64,000 bases of DNA from Candidatus Micrarchaeota archaeon (GTDB lineage Archaea; Micrarchaeota; Micrarchaeia; Micrarchaeales; CABMGC01), in assembly GCA_021802765.1 (NCBI GenBank), contig JAJZRI010000003.1:27919-91918 (forward strand), in the 5' to 3' direction. How positions within the stretch are numbered: position 1 is the first letter of the stretch; each line of letters opens with the position of its first letter. Both the position numbers and the translations under genes were made by a program. The notes under the pieces are model-generated. The model did no database searches. It worked only from the letters and a program-made list of their open reading frames with translations, and had not been told where the DNA came from. Positions 27,386-37,117 of the stretch are shown piece by piece.

Positions 27386-27898
27386 TTATTCGTCAAGCAT
27401 GCCGAGATCGTACATTGCCTGAAGCACATCTTCCGTCTCGTCTTTTATGTGCTCTGCAAGCATAGTAAGGTTCTTGGAGATTGAAGCCGCTGCAGTTGGC
27501 TTAAGAGAAGAGTACTTGTATGCCATGTCTATTACCGAGATTATCCTCTTTTCAAATTCTTCCAGAAATTTGGATAGCTCGTAGGTATCTGCGCGCAGAT
27601 TGTCGCGCAGACGCTCTGTGGACTGTTCTCCGTCAATGATCCTCCTGAAACTCTCAAGAAGGGCTTCGTGCTCCTCGAATTTGGTGTCGTATTTTAGATG
27701 GAGTGCAGTCCTATCTAGGTTATTTGCGGCATCCTCATAGCACTTAAGTACCGACCTAAGCATTTCGTGCTCTCCATGCTCCCTCGCCTCGTGTAGCGCG
27801 ATATAGGTTATCTGCGATGCGTCCTGCATCAGATTTATGCATCTATTTGAAAAGGAGGTGCGCTTGGTCTGCCCCTCCCTGGTTTGTTGCTGCACCAT
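27386..27898 (-). CDS. Hypothetical alpha-helical protein, possibly hemerythrin-like
   Basis: ATG at 27898 after GGTGG; HEARE, EEH and HIKDE motifs; the upstream extension in the ORF track overlaps the divergent gene. Confidence 0.6.
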   Translation of the reverse strand: MVQQQTREGQTKRTSFSNRCINLMQDASQITYIALHEAREHGEHEMLRSVLKCYEDAANNLDRTALHLKYDTKFEEHEALLESFRRIIDGEQSTERLRDNLRADTYELSKFLEEFEKRIISVIDMAYKYSSLKPTAAASISKNLTMLAEHIKDETEDVLQAMYDLGMLDE

Positions 27899-27983
27899 AT
27901 GTCCACCATTGGTTTTATCTAGCTTATATAAATTTCCTGCAAAAAGATATAATGTTGCTGCTTCATTAATGCTCTGTGAGCTT

Positions 27984-28781
27984 ATGTCTGAAGATACACA
28001 GGGCGGACCCCAGATTCCTAATGTAATGCATCCATCGATACTTAAAGTAATAGAGCAGAAAAAAGCCATAAAGGAGAAGCTAAAGGGCATAAAGCACAAG
28101 ATAGGAGTGTACAGTGCAAAGGGTGGTGTTGGCAAGACGACTGTATCGGTGAATCTTGCCTATACCCTCAGATCGATGGGATTCAAGGTTGGCCTGTTGG
28201 ATGCAGACATAGACTGCCCAAATCTCACCATGTTCCTGGGTATAACTGGCACTTTCTCGGACGAGTACCCATTGAAGCCCGTTGAAAAAGATGGGATAAA
28301 GGTCCTTTCAACGGCCATGTTTGTTGATGACGAGAAGAAGCCCATAATATGGCGTGGCCCTATGATAGGCAAGATGATTCTTGAGTTCTTTGACAATGCG
28401 GACTGGGGAGAACTAGATTATCTAATAATAGACCTGAGCCCTGGAACAAGCGATGCGCCCCTCTCAATAATACAGCTCCTTGACCTTGATGGATTCGTGC
28501 TTGTGACTACGCCGCAGCACATAGCAGCAGTGAACACCATACGCTCTGGAATGATGGCAAAGAGGCTGGGAGTTGCAACTCTTGGAGTTGTGGAGACGAT
28601 GTCCGATGGAACTGCGCGTGGGGGGAAGGAGGTGGCGGAGGCGATGAAATGCGACCTGCTTGGAACAGTAAGCAGTAATGCAAAATTCGGGGAACTTAGT
28701 GACGCAGGACGCGTACCTGTCGAAGAAGACCCGGCAATAAGGGAAGAGTTTATAAGGATAATAAAGAAGATAACTGGTTAA
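27984..28781 (+). CDS. Mrp/NBP35-family (ApbC-like) P-loop ATPase
   Basis: SAKGGVGKT, LDADID, IIWRGPM, WGELDYLIIDLSPGT, VTTPQ motifs; no C-terminal CxxC. Confidence 0.9.
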   Translation: MSEDTQGGPQIPNVMHPSILKVIEQKKAIKEKLKGIKHKIGVYSAKGGVGKTTVSVNLAYTLRSMGFKVGLLDADIDCPNLTMFLGITGTFSDEYPLKPVEKDGIKVLSTAMFVDDEKKPIIWRGPMIGKMILEFFDNADWGELDYLIIDLSPGTSDAPLSIIQLLDLDGFVLVTTPQHIAAVNTIRSGMMAKRLGVATLGVVETMSDGTARGGKEVAEAMKCDLLGTVSSNAKFGELSDAGRVPVEEDPAIREEFIRIIKKITG

Positions 28782-28793
28782 TGCGGTGGTTAC

Positions 28794-29996
28794 TTGGCGG
28801 AACTTTTTGATGACATATTCAAGGAATCAAAGATCTTCTCGAAGAGGGAGGTGCTATCGCCGCACTACATACCGCACAACCTGCTTTTTAGAGACAAGCA
28901 GATGCAGGATATAGCAAAATACATGACGCCTTCGCTAAAAGGCGAGCGGGGCAGGAACGTTTTTGTTTATGGAAAGACGGGGACCGGAAAGACCTCGTGT
29001 ATAAAGAGCGTCATAGAAAAAGTGAAGGGGCTACCGATATCAAAAGCCAGGATAACATACATTAATTGCAGGGTGTACAACTCCAGATACAGGATACTCC
29101 ATAAGATAGTCAGCGACTACCTGCCGCTTTATGCAAAGCGCGGGTATGGGATAGTGGATATCTATGAGCGCATAATAAACTGGATAGAGGAGGATGGAAA
29201 GATACTTGTTGTGGTACTCGACGAGATAGATAGCATAAAGGACCTTGACGATTTAGTGTACACACTTACCAGGGCAAACAGTGACATAAAGGCGGGCGGG
29301 ATAACAATAGTGGGAGTATCAAACAAAGTGAGTTTCAAGGAGGTGCTGGACCCAAGGAGCCTCTCCACGCTTGACGAGAACGAGATTGCGTTCCCGCCCT
29401 ACAACTCCAATGAACTTTCGCAGATAGTAAAGGAGAGGGTATCTGAAGGTTTTGTGAAAGGGGTTGTGGATCCTGCGGCGGTGAATCTTGCCGCAGCGCT
29501 TGCGGCAAAGGACAGTGGTGATGCAAGGCTTGCACTGAAGATAATTGCAAAAGCAGGTGAACTGGCTGAAGAGAAGGGGATGACTGCTGTTGGACCGAAC
29601 GAGGTTACAGAAGCCGCAAAATTCGCGGAGGAGGAGATAGCTTATGAGATTATCAACACGCTTCCGGAACACCAGAGATTAATAGTATATGCCATAGCAC
29701 TTCTTTCGCTGCAGGGAAGCAGATACAAGAGACTAAGCAATGAAGGTGAGCAGTACCTATTTAGCGGAGATATTTACCAGAAGTACGTATCGGTGTCGCA
29801 GTCGCTGCAGAAGGAAGCCAAGAGTTCGAGGTGGTATAGGAAATTCATATCGGACCTTGATATGCAGGGTATAATAATGTCTTACGAGTCTGGAAAAGGA
29901 ATACGAGGCCACACAAAACTGATAAAGCTGGCCTACCCTCCTGAGAAGATAAAGGAGAGCATCGAGAAGACTCTTCAGAGGGATACGGCATTATGA
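28794..29996 (+). CDS. cdc6: Orc1/Cdc6 replication initiator
   Basis: VLSPHYIP..L.FR, GKTGTGKT, VVVLDEID, FPPY, GDAR.AL motifs and C-terminal wH domain; TTG start after GGTGG. Confidence 0.95.
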   Translation: MAELFDDIFKESKIFSKREVLSPHYIPHNLLFRDKQMQDIAKYMTPSLKGERGRNVFVYGKTGTGKTSCIKSVIEKVKGLPISKARITYINCRVYNSRYRILHKIVSDYLPLYAKRGYGIVDIYERIINWIEEDGKILVVVLDEIDSIKDLDDLVYTLTRANSDIKAGGITIVGVSNKVSFKEVLDPRSLSTLDENEIAFPPYNSNELSQIVKERVSEGFVKGVVDPAAVNLAAALAAKDSGDARLALKIIAKAGELAEEKGMTAVGPNEVTEAAKFAEEEIAYEIINTLPEHQRLIVYAIALLSLQGSRYKRLSNEGEQYLFSGDIYQKYVSVSQSLQKEAKSSRWYRKFISDLDMQGIIMSYESGKGIRGHTKLIKLAYPPEKIKESIEKTLQRDTAL

Positions 29997-31189
29997 GGAT
30001 AGCAATACTTTCTGATTTTCACCTTGGCTATGAGAGATTCAGGGAAGACGCCTTCTTCCAGGCTGAAGAGGCCCTCAATAAGGCGGCTGAAATGTCCGAT
30101 GCGCTGATAATACCTGGAGACATATTTGATAATAGGGCACCGAAACCTGACGTGATTGCAGAGGCAATAAACCTGTTCAGGAATCTCTCAAGACGGGAAT
30201 GGAAGTTTAGGGTAAGCGAATTTATTGGGGAAGGGAAGATATTCACGGATCTGCCCATAATAGCAATACCCGGCACGCATGAGCGAAGGGCCCAGGAAGC
30301 CGCTGATCCGGTAGATATACTTGGGCTTGCGGGACTTGTCGTGGACGTAAGCAATGCAACTGCAGTAATACAGGGAAATGGCGAACGCATTGCAATAAGA
30401 GGGATAGGAGGTATAGCCGATGACAGGTTTAAGGAGGTGCTGGAAATGGAGAATCCAGTACCAATAGACGGGGCATTCAACATATTCATGTTCCATGAAT
30501 CCATATATGAAATGCTGCCCTTCAATGAAAAGTTTACGAAGCTTTCCGAACTGCCGAAGGGATTTGATCTTTATGTAAGCGGCCATATACACAACAGGGT
30601 TGAGGAGAAGGCGCATGGGAAGATGCTACTTATACCAGGCAGCACGGTGCTTACGCAGCTTAAAGCCGGTGAACAGGATGGAAAGGGATTTTTCGTTTTT
30701 GACACTAAAACTGGGAAGCATGAATTTGTGGGGATAAATTCCAGGCGATTCGTGCTTGAAAAAATAGACATAATGAGCATAGGTAAGAGGAGCGTAGTTG
30801 ATTATATACAGGAGAGACTCGATGCGATAATAAAATCGACAGGAGGCAAACCGGTAATAAGGGTGGTTCTTGACAGGAAGGGTAACGGACAGGACGTCGC
30901 AGAGATGGAGATCAATGACATACCTCGAAGGTACGCTGAGAGGGCCATTGTGGAGATATCAAGTAGCCTTGTTCCTGAAGACGCGCCAGCGTCTGCATCG
31001 CTGCAGGAACGTTCGGGCTTCGAAAACATGTCAGTAAAGGATTATGGAATCGGAGTCTTCCTTGAAAAAATAAAGGCAAGCGGAGCTGATGTTGGAAGCA
31101 TTGGACCGGTTGAGCTGCTGGATTTGCTCGGAACAGAGGGGCCGAAAGATAAGATAGTAAAGAGCGCGCTTGACAGGCTTGTCGGTTAA
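29993..31189 (+). CDS. mre11: Mre11-family DNA repair nuclease
   Basis: SDFHLG, GDIFD, PGTHE, FHES, SGHIH, PGS phosphoesterase motifs. Confidence 0.88.
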   Translation: MRIAILSDFHLGYERFREDAFFQAEEALNKAAEMSDALIIPGDIFDNRAPKPDVIAEAINLFRNLSRREWKFRVSEFIGEGKIFTDLPIIAIPGTHERRAQEAADPVDILGLAGLVVDVSNATAVIQGNGERIAIRGIGGIADDRFKEVLEMENPVPIDGAFNIFMFHESIYEMLPFNEKFTKLSELPKGFDLYVSGHIHNRVEEKAHGKMLLIPGSTVLTQLKAGEQDGKGFFVFDTKTGKHEFVGINSRRFVLEKIDIMSIGKRSVVDYIQERLDAIIKSTGGKPVIRVVLDRKGNGQDVAEMEINDIPRRYAERAIVEISSSLVPEDAPASASLQERSGFENMSVKDYGIGVFLEKIKASGADVGSIGPVELLDLLGTEGPKDKIVKSALDRLVG

Positions 31190-32580
31190 GTCTTTGGTGT
31201 GGGCCTATTCCTGTAATTTGAGTACTTGAAGAGCTCGGTGAGGGATCTTACGGCTGCTGATGGCGAATCGTAAACAGGAAGGCCGGCGCTCTCCATCATT
31301 ATCCTGTGCATTCTTGTGTACTCTGAACCTATGCTGAGTACTATCATTGGCTTATCCATCCTCTCCTTGAAGCTTATAAGTTTGGCGGCAGACCGCGAGT
31401 CTGCGCCTGGAGTCTGAAAGAGCATTATGACTATGAACATATCAATTCCATCATCCTTGCTAAGAATGTCTAGGGCATCGCCATATCTTTTCTCGTCGGC
31501 GTCTCCGACAATGTCTAATGGCATCCTAAGATTTACCAGGGGGGGCATTACTTTCTTGAGATCCGTCTTGCTCTTTTCCGAAAGATCCGCAAGTTGCAGC
31601 AAGCCGGAGAGGCCGATGGCATCCGCAGTAAGCACGCCGGTCCCGCCGCCGTTCGTTATTATTGCAACTCGCCCGCCTTTTGGCATCGGCTCGCTCTCGA
31701 GAGTTTTAGCATAATTAAGAAGGTCACTCAAATCGTCTGCTATAGTGAACCCAAATTGCCTAAACACGGCTTCGTGCGACTCGTAATTTCCTGCCAAGGC
31801 TGCCGTGTGTGAGTGCGCTGCTGCCTGCCCGGCTGAAGTGCGGCCCGCCTTTAACACTATTACTGGCTTTGTTTTTGTTATCTTCTTTGCAACTTCTATG
31901 AACTCTTTGCCGCGCTTTATGCCTTCAATATACATTATGATTACTTTTGTTTCTGGATCATCCATAAGATAATTGAGTATGTCTACTTCGTCTACGTGCG
32001 CGGCATTCCCATAGGATATAAATTTGGACAGACCGAAGCCCTCTCCAGATATTAGGTCTAGCACAGTACTGCCTACTGCGCCGCTCTGGCACACAAAGCT
32101 GACCCCACCTACCGAGGGCCTGCTCAACTTGTATGTTGGAAGGAAGAGCGTATCCACCCTGGATCTTGGATCCATGACTCCTAGGCAGTTGGGGCCGAGA
32201 GTGGGCATGTTGTATTTGTTTGCAATGGCGACAAGCCTGTCCTGAAGCTCCTGGGCCCCTATCTCCGCAAATCCGCCGCTTACGACAACGGCGGTCTTAA
32301 CTTTGGCGCGGCCGCATTCGTCAAGGACGTCTGGCACAAACGCCGCAGGAACGCATATAACGGCAAGATCCAGGGTATCCTTTATGTCAAGCACACTGAC
32401 ATACGATTTAACTCCAAGTATCTCAGTTGCGCTCTTGTTGACAGCATAGATCCTTCCAGGATAACCGCCATTTAGGTAGTTCTGAAGTATGACATGACCA
32501 ACCTTGTCAGGATCCCTTGATGCACCTATTATGGCTACGGACGCCGGTTTGAGCATTGGTTTTAGGTCCATCTTTTTCAT
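31186..32580 (-). CDS. acdA: Acetate/acyl-CoA ligase (ADP-forming), alpha subunit
   Basis: VAIIGAS, GPNCLG, QSGA, SYGN, HSHTAALAG (phospho-His), TNGGG motifs. Confidence 0.93.
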   Translation of the reverse strand: MKKMDLKPMLKPASVAIIGASRDPDKVGHVILQNYLNGGYPGRIYAVNKSATEILGVKSYVSVLDIKDTLDLAVICVPAAFVPDVLDECGRAKVKTAVVVSGGFAEIGAQELQDRLVAIANKYNMPTLGPNCLGVMDPRSRVDTLFLPTYKLSRPSVGGVSFVCQSGAVGSTVLDLISGEGFGLSKFISYGNAAHVDEVDILNYLMDDPETKVIIMYIEGIKRGKEFIEVAKKITKTKPVIVLKAGRTSAGQAAAHSHTAALAGNYESHEAVFRQFGFTIADDLSDLLNYAKTLESEPMPKGGRVAIITNGGGTGVLTADAIGLSGLLQLADLSEKSKTDLKKVMPPLVNLRMPLDIVGDADEKRYGDALDILSKDDGIDMFIVIMLFQTPGADSRSAAKLISFKERMDKPMIVLSIGSEYTRMHRIMMESAGLPVYDSPSAAVRSLTELFKYSNYRNRPTPKT

Positions 32581-32584
32581 TCCA

Positions 32585-33202
32585 TCAACCTGTTATCATC
32601 CGGATGTCTACTGCGACATACGAACCCTCTTTTATTATGAGCGGATTAAGGTCGAGCTCGGTGACCTTCTCGTTCTCTGCCAGTAGTTTTGATACGCTTA
32701 GCAGAAGATCTATGATCATGTCAGTATCCTTGCCTTGGAATGTTACCACATTCTTAGATTTTAATTGGTCTATCATGTCCTTGGCGTCATTGCGGTTTAT
32801 CGGACATACCCTTAGTGCAAAGTCCCTGAACACCTCCACATATATTCCGCCCAGGCCGATAAGTATGAGCTTCCCAAACTGCGGGTCGGTCCTTCCGCCC
32901 ACTATTATCTCGACGCCGCCTTTTGACATCTTCTGGGCAATAATCTTATAGGGTTTAAGGTCTTTTCCCTTAAGCTCTAGGTCCTTGAATGCAACGGTTA
33001 TGTCTTCGCCATTTAGATCCAGTTTTACTAGGCCGGCTTTTGACTTATGAAGCGCTTTGTCAGATATCAGCTTGAGCACTATGTGGTCCTTACCGGCGAA
33101 TGAGAGGGCTTCCTTGGAGGATGAGACATAGCTGCTTTCTATGCTCCTGATGCCATACTTGTCTAGCAGCGTCTTACCTTCAAAATAATCAAGTAGAGGC
33201 AT
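32585..33202 (-). CDS. acdB: Acetate/acyl-CoA ligase (ADP-forming), beta subunit (ATP-grasp)
   Basis: LHKSKAGLV, DPQFG, GLGGIYVE, ELDLNP, AVDIR motifs. Confidence 0.92.
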   Translation of the reverse strand: MPLLDYFEGKTLLDKYGIRSIESSYVSSSKEALSFAGKDHIVLKLISDKALHKSKAGLVKLDLNGEDITVAFKDLELKGKDLKPYKIIAQKMSKGGVEIIVGGRTDPQFGKLILIGLGGIYVEVFRDFALRVCPINRNDAKDMIDQLKSKNVVTFQGKDTDMIIDLLLSVSKLLAENEKVTELDLNPLIIKEGSYVAVDIRMITG

Positions 33203-33208
33203 ATTGCA

Positions 33209-33853
33209 TTACCTTATGTAATATAGATAGTATACCCCGGCAGCTATAATGATTACAAGCAGTAATGCAAGCAGGTAGATTGTTGTATTTCCACTCTTTT
33301 TGTGGGAAAGTTCGTGTATATCTATAGAACCTTCGGTAACATTCTGTTTTGGTTGTTCTGATGTTTGCTGCGGATTTGGCTGCTGCGGTTGCGGCGGAAT
33401 GGCGGCCTTGGCCTTGAGGAATCCAGAATCAGTAAGCATCACTGTGACGCCACCACTCTTTAGCTCATAGGTAAGATATCCCTGCTTGTATAGCTTGTAG
33501 ATCCTAAGTGCTAGATCCTTGGGCCTCAAATTGAGCGTGTTCTGAAGGTCGATCGGCATTCGCTTCCCCCCAGAAACCTGGACAAGTATGGCATCGTCAA
33601 GATCATCATACGGGGAGGTAGCCTTGGACTCCGACTCTGCCATCAGCGCCTTTCCTGCGTCTGTTATAGTTACGGTGTTTGGGCCTGGATACGATGCTGA
33701 GAAATCTATGAGGCCTTTCTGCTTTAGTGTGCCTGCCATATTTGATGCGTCAAATATGCTCGCGTTTATAGCGCTTCCGAGTTTTTCTAGGGTGGTGTCC
33801 GGGCCTATGCTGAGAAGAGAGGCTAGGTCCATAAAATTTATCTCGTCAGCCAT
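33209..33853 (-). CDS. Tandem wHTH-like protein with a P/Q linker and C-terminal membrane anchor
   Basis: Two repeats ending LKQKGLI...ITDAG and LYKQGYL...LTDSG; PQ-rich linker; C-terminal TM helix. Confidence 0.65.
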   Translation of the reverse strand: MADEINFMDLASLLSIGPDTTLEKLGSAINASIFDASNMAGTLKQKGLIDFSASYPGPNTVTITDAGKALMAESESKATSPYDDLDDAILVQVSGGKRMPIDLQNTLNLRPKDLALRIYKLYKQGYLTYELKSGGVTVMLTDSGFLKAKAAIPPQPQQPNPQQTSEQPKQNVTEGSIDIHELSHKKSGNTTIYLLALLLVIIIAAGVYYLYYIR

Positions 33854-33932
33854 TCCTATCAATCTGATTATTGCATAAGTATATATAAAAGGATTAGAGT
33901 TGCTTATCTAATTGTTTTAGTTGAGTGGTTAA

Positions 33933-35183
33933 TTGAAGATAAAGTTTCTTGGAGGAGCTGGAGAAGTTGGCAGGTCGGCAATTCTGGTTGAAGATAAGAA
34001 GAGCCTCCTTTTTGACTATGGGATAAAGGTAGAGAGCAAGACGGAGTACCCGATGCATGTGGAAAAAGTCGATGCGTGCTTCATAAGCCACGCCCACCTT
34101 GACCACAGCGGCTGCGCCCCCGTACTATACAAGGATGGGTTCCCAGAGATGTTTGCAACTCCGCCGACGATGGATCTTGCCGAGCTCCTTATTGAAGACT
34201 CGATAAAGATTCACAGGAAGAAGCATGAGCATGAGAAGGTTAATGGTAGCCAGCTTAAGACCATGATGAATAGATATACCCCGTGCGAGTATGGGCGTGG
34301 AAGGGATTTTGGAGATTATTCTGTAACAATGTACGATGCCGGGCACATATGCGGAAGTTCAATCACGGTTGTGGAAAGACATAATGACAATAGGAGGATA
34401 GCCTACACTGGTGACTTTAAGCTTGAACCTCAGTTGCTTGAGGAGGGGGCAGACATAGTAAAAAGTGACGTACTAATTATGGAGTCAACATATGCTGGGA
34501 AGGACCATCCAGAAAGAATTAAACTTGCAGAAGACATGGTAAATAGCATTAGGGAGACAGTAGATAATGGTGGCGTCGCCTTGCTGCCAGTATTTGCTGT
34601 GGGAAGATCCCAAGAGATGCTTGCGCTAATGTGCAAGTACAATCTCATAGACATAACATACATTGACGGAATGGCCAAGGCTGCAACAGAGATAGTGGAG
34701 AATTATTCTGGATTCATAAAGAACGGCAGGCTGCTTAGAGAGGCAATAGACAGATCGTTATGGATAGAGAATCCAAAAAACAGGTCCGCGGCCCTGGAAG
34801 GAGGGAGTGTGATACTGACAACTTCTGGAATGCTTAATGGAGGACCTGTGCTCGAATACATACAGAAACTAAACAAACACTCGAAGATATTTCTAACCGG
34901 ATATCAAGTAGAGAATACCGGGGGAGATAAACTTGTGCGCGGGCTACCCTTAGACATTGATGGTAGGAAGTTTCGCGTGAAGACGCCTTTTGAGGCTTAT
35001 GACTTCTCCGCGCACGCTGGAAAGAGTGATCTTCATGACTATGTTAAGGGAAGCAATCCAGAGACGGTAATATGCGTGCATGGAAGCCCCGAAAACACCG
35101 AACTGCTTGCTGAAGAGCTTAGGCTTGAGGGTTATAACGCCTTTGCGCCGAAGGTCGGCGATGTTCTAAATGTGGATTTCTAG
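33933..35183 (+). CDS. Beta-CASP metallo-beta-lactamase ribonuclease (aCPSF2-like)
   Basis: GGAGEVGRS, SHAHLDHSG, AGHICGS, YTGD, ESTY, FAVGRSQE, FSAHA motifs. Confidence 0.93.
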   Translation: MKIKFLGGAGEVGRSAILVEDKKSLLFDYGIKVESKTEYPMHVEKVDACFISHAHLDHSGCAPVLYKDGFPEMFATPPTMDLAELLIEDSIKIHRKKHEHEKVNGSQLKTMMNRYTPCEYGRGRDFGDYSVTMYDAGHICGSSITVVERHNDNRRIAYTGDFKLEPQLLEEGADIVKSDVLIMESTYAGKDHPERIKLAEDMVNSIRETVDNGGVALLPVFAVGRSQEMLALMCKYNLIDITYIDGMAKAATEIVENYSGFIKNGRLLREAIDRSLWIENPKNRSAALEGGSVILTTSGMLNGGPVLEYIQKLNKHSKIFLTGYQVENTGGDKLVRGLPLDIDGRKFRVKTPFEAYDFSAHAGKSDLHDYVKGSNPETVICVHGSPENTELLAEELRLEGYNAFAPKVGDVLNVDF

Positions 35184-35217
35184 GTCTTGCCTGGCAGAAT
35201 TATCTTTGAGTGATTTT

Positions 35218-35544
35218 ATGGATTTTGACGAATACCAAAAGGAGACTGCGAAGACTGCGATTTACCCGAAAGAAAGGGAGGACGAGTACCTTGCCCTGGG
35301 GCTTGCATCTGAAGCCGGAGAGTATGCAGGGCGTGTAAAGAAGACCATACGCGACAAGGGAGGTATTATAGGTGAATCTGAGAGAGAGGCAAGGAAGTAT
35401 GAGCTTGGGGATGTGATGTGGTATATTGCAAGAAGCGCGGACCAGCTGGGATACTCATTAGAGGAGATTGCAGTGGCGAATATAGAAAAACTTAGAGAGA
35501 GACAGAGAAAAGGAACCATAAATGGTAGCGGAGATAATAGATAA
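35218..35544 (+). CDS. MazG-like nucleoside triphosphate pyrophosphohydrolase
   Basis: MDFDEYQ, GLASEAGE, ELGDVMWY, NIEKL..R, GSGDNR motifs. Confidence 0.9.
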   Translation: MDFDEYQKETAKTAIYPKEREDEYLALGLASEAGEYAGRVKKTIRDKGGIIGESEREARKYELGDVMWYIARSADQLGYSLEEIAVANIEKLRERQRKGTINGSGDNR

Positions 35545-35575
35545 TGCAGACACATGGCGGGTACAGTAATAGGAT

Positions 35576-36076
35576 TTGCGCATATTAAAAGACAAGTTTA
35601 TTATATCACCGGCAAGCCCATATCTTTGTGAGTTTATGTCTTTTGAAAAGCTGGGATTGAAGTCCTCTACAATCATAGGTAAGGAGACCATGGAGGATTT
35701 GAGAGAAGCGATAGGCAAGCGTGTTTTTGTTGAATCATTCGATGGTAAGACGTCTTCATTTATTAGTGGAAAACTTGTTGGGGTTGATGATTTCAGGGGA
35801 GTAACAATAGGCTTAGAAAATGAGATGTTTGTGATCATGAATTTCTTAGGAAGAGGCAAGAAGATTAGAAAAATATCCTCGCAGGATGGAGTAATTTATG
35901 ACAATAGTAGGAATATTGGCAAGAATCTTATCAGAAAAGGGATGACAGAAGATGATTTAACCATGCTTAGGATAAGGAGCTTTGGCAAAAAAGTGGCTTT
36001 GGATGAGGAGATTGAGATGACCAGATCGCGCGTAGAGTTCCTTGAAACTCTTTCTGCAATTATTAGGAATAATTGA
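35576..36076 (+). CDS. Hypothetical protein
   Basis: AT-rich open frame; true start may be the ATG at 35636. Confidence 0.55.
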   Translation: MRILKDKFIISPASPYLCEFMSFEKLGLKSSTIIGKETMEDLREAIGKRVFVESFDGKTSSFISGKLVGVDDFRGVTIGLENEMFVIMNFLGRGKKIRKISSQDGVIYDNSRNIGKNLIRKGMTEDDLTMLRIRSFGKKVALDEEIEMTRSRVEFLETLSAIIRNN

Positions 36077-36085
36077 GGATGGCCT

Positions 36086-36718
36086 ATGCGAACCCAGAAG
36101 GTTCAGGTACCTAAGACTCTTAAGTTGGCTATGAACGCTGTTGCCATGCACCAAATGGCTAAGTTGGCCATTATGGATTTTAAGAGCAGGTATAGGAAGG
36201 AAAGCGCATTTCCAGTTATTAACCATGGTACGGTTCCGGTTGGGCTTAGGAAATTCAGATCTGCAATGGTACTGGTTGACATAGACAATAGATTCATAAA
36301 AAGGATTGCTAGAAAGGCGTTGGAAAAAACAGAGGAGAGAGAAGGTATTGGAACGATTCTTGATGAAGTTGCTGGTAGCGTAGGGAGAAAGATAAGGTAC
36401 AATATAAAGATCCATGAAAAGAGCGCCCAACCGTGGTTTGTATCCGCTCCGATAGGCTATTTCAGGTTACACGGTGGGGTTTGCCGCCATCAATCAGCAT
36501 GTGTTGCTGGAGTGTTGCAACTGCTGCGGGAGGATGGTCGTATTTCTGGCGAAATAAATATCGTGCATGGTTTTCAGTATGGAATGTTAAAGGGTCATGC
36601 GTGGATTGAGGTAGTCTCCGATGGCAATAGATTTGTAGTCGACCCTACTGGAGGTATTGCAACAGATAACAAGGCATTCATTGAAGAGGAGTATGATAAA
36701 AAGTATCCTGTCCGATGA
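36086..36718 (+). CDS. Transglutaminase/papain-like Cys-His-Asp protein (EDR1-like), paralog A
   Basis: GGVCRHQS, GHAWIEV, VVDPT catalytic-triad motifs. Confidence 0.75.
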   Translation: MRTQKVQVPKTLKLAMNAVAMHQMAKLAIMDFKSRYRKESAFPVINHGTVPVGLRKFRSAMVLVDIDNRFIKRIARKALEKTEEREGIGTILDEVAGSVGRKIRYNIKIHEKSAQPWFVSAPIGYFRLHGGVCRHQSACVAGVLQLLREDGRISGEINIVHGFQYGMLKGHAWIEVVSDGNRFVVDPTGGIATDNKAFIEEEYDKKYPVR

Positions 36719-36766
36719 TGGTTCCCACTATGCTTCCTTGATTATTGGAAGAAAACGGGAAGAGGA

Positions 36767-37117
36767 TTAAGCTTCCTCTTCAAAGTCTGCTGCTTCGTCG
36801 TCTGAAGAGGCTACTTCACCTTCTCCTTTTGCAGTTACTTCTATCTTTCCATACTTTCCTGTTGATAATTGTGGAGTCCCCTTGAACTCGCCAACGTATC
36901 CTTTGGTTATCCTTACCTTATCGCCAACTGCAACGGTGTCTATGTCCTTGCCCCATAATGACATGGCTATCGTTCCGGTGTCATCCTTAAGAGTTATGCT
37001 TGCTACGTTGAGTCTCTTTCCGTATTTTGTGATGACTTCCCTAGGCTCCTGCTTCTCTACTACTGTGGCTTCAACTTCTACATCTGACGCTCCTGCCTTT
37101 AGATCACTTATATTCAT
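36767..37117 (-). CDS. ssb: Single-stranded DNA-binding protein, single OB fold with acidic tail
   Basis: MNISDLK..., LKDDTGTI..SLWG, GYVGEFKG..QLSTGKYG; tail DDEAADFEEEA. Confidence 0.9.
   Translation of the reverse strand: MNISDLKAGASDVEVEATVVEKQEPREVITKYGKRLNVASITLKDDTGTIAMSLWGKDIDTVAVGDKVRITKGYVGEFKGTPQLSTGKYGKIEVTAKGEGEVASSDDEAADFEEEA

Noticed and set aside
27899-28793. Replication origin adjacent to cdc6
   Set aside because: cdc6 is embedded in an operon with no large intergenic gap and no ORB-like TCCA-GAAAC/G-string repeats visible
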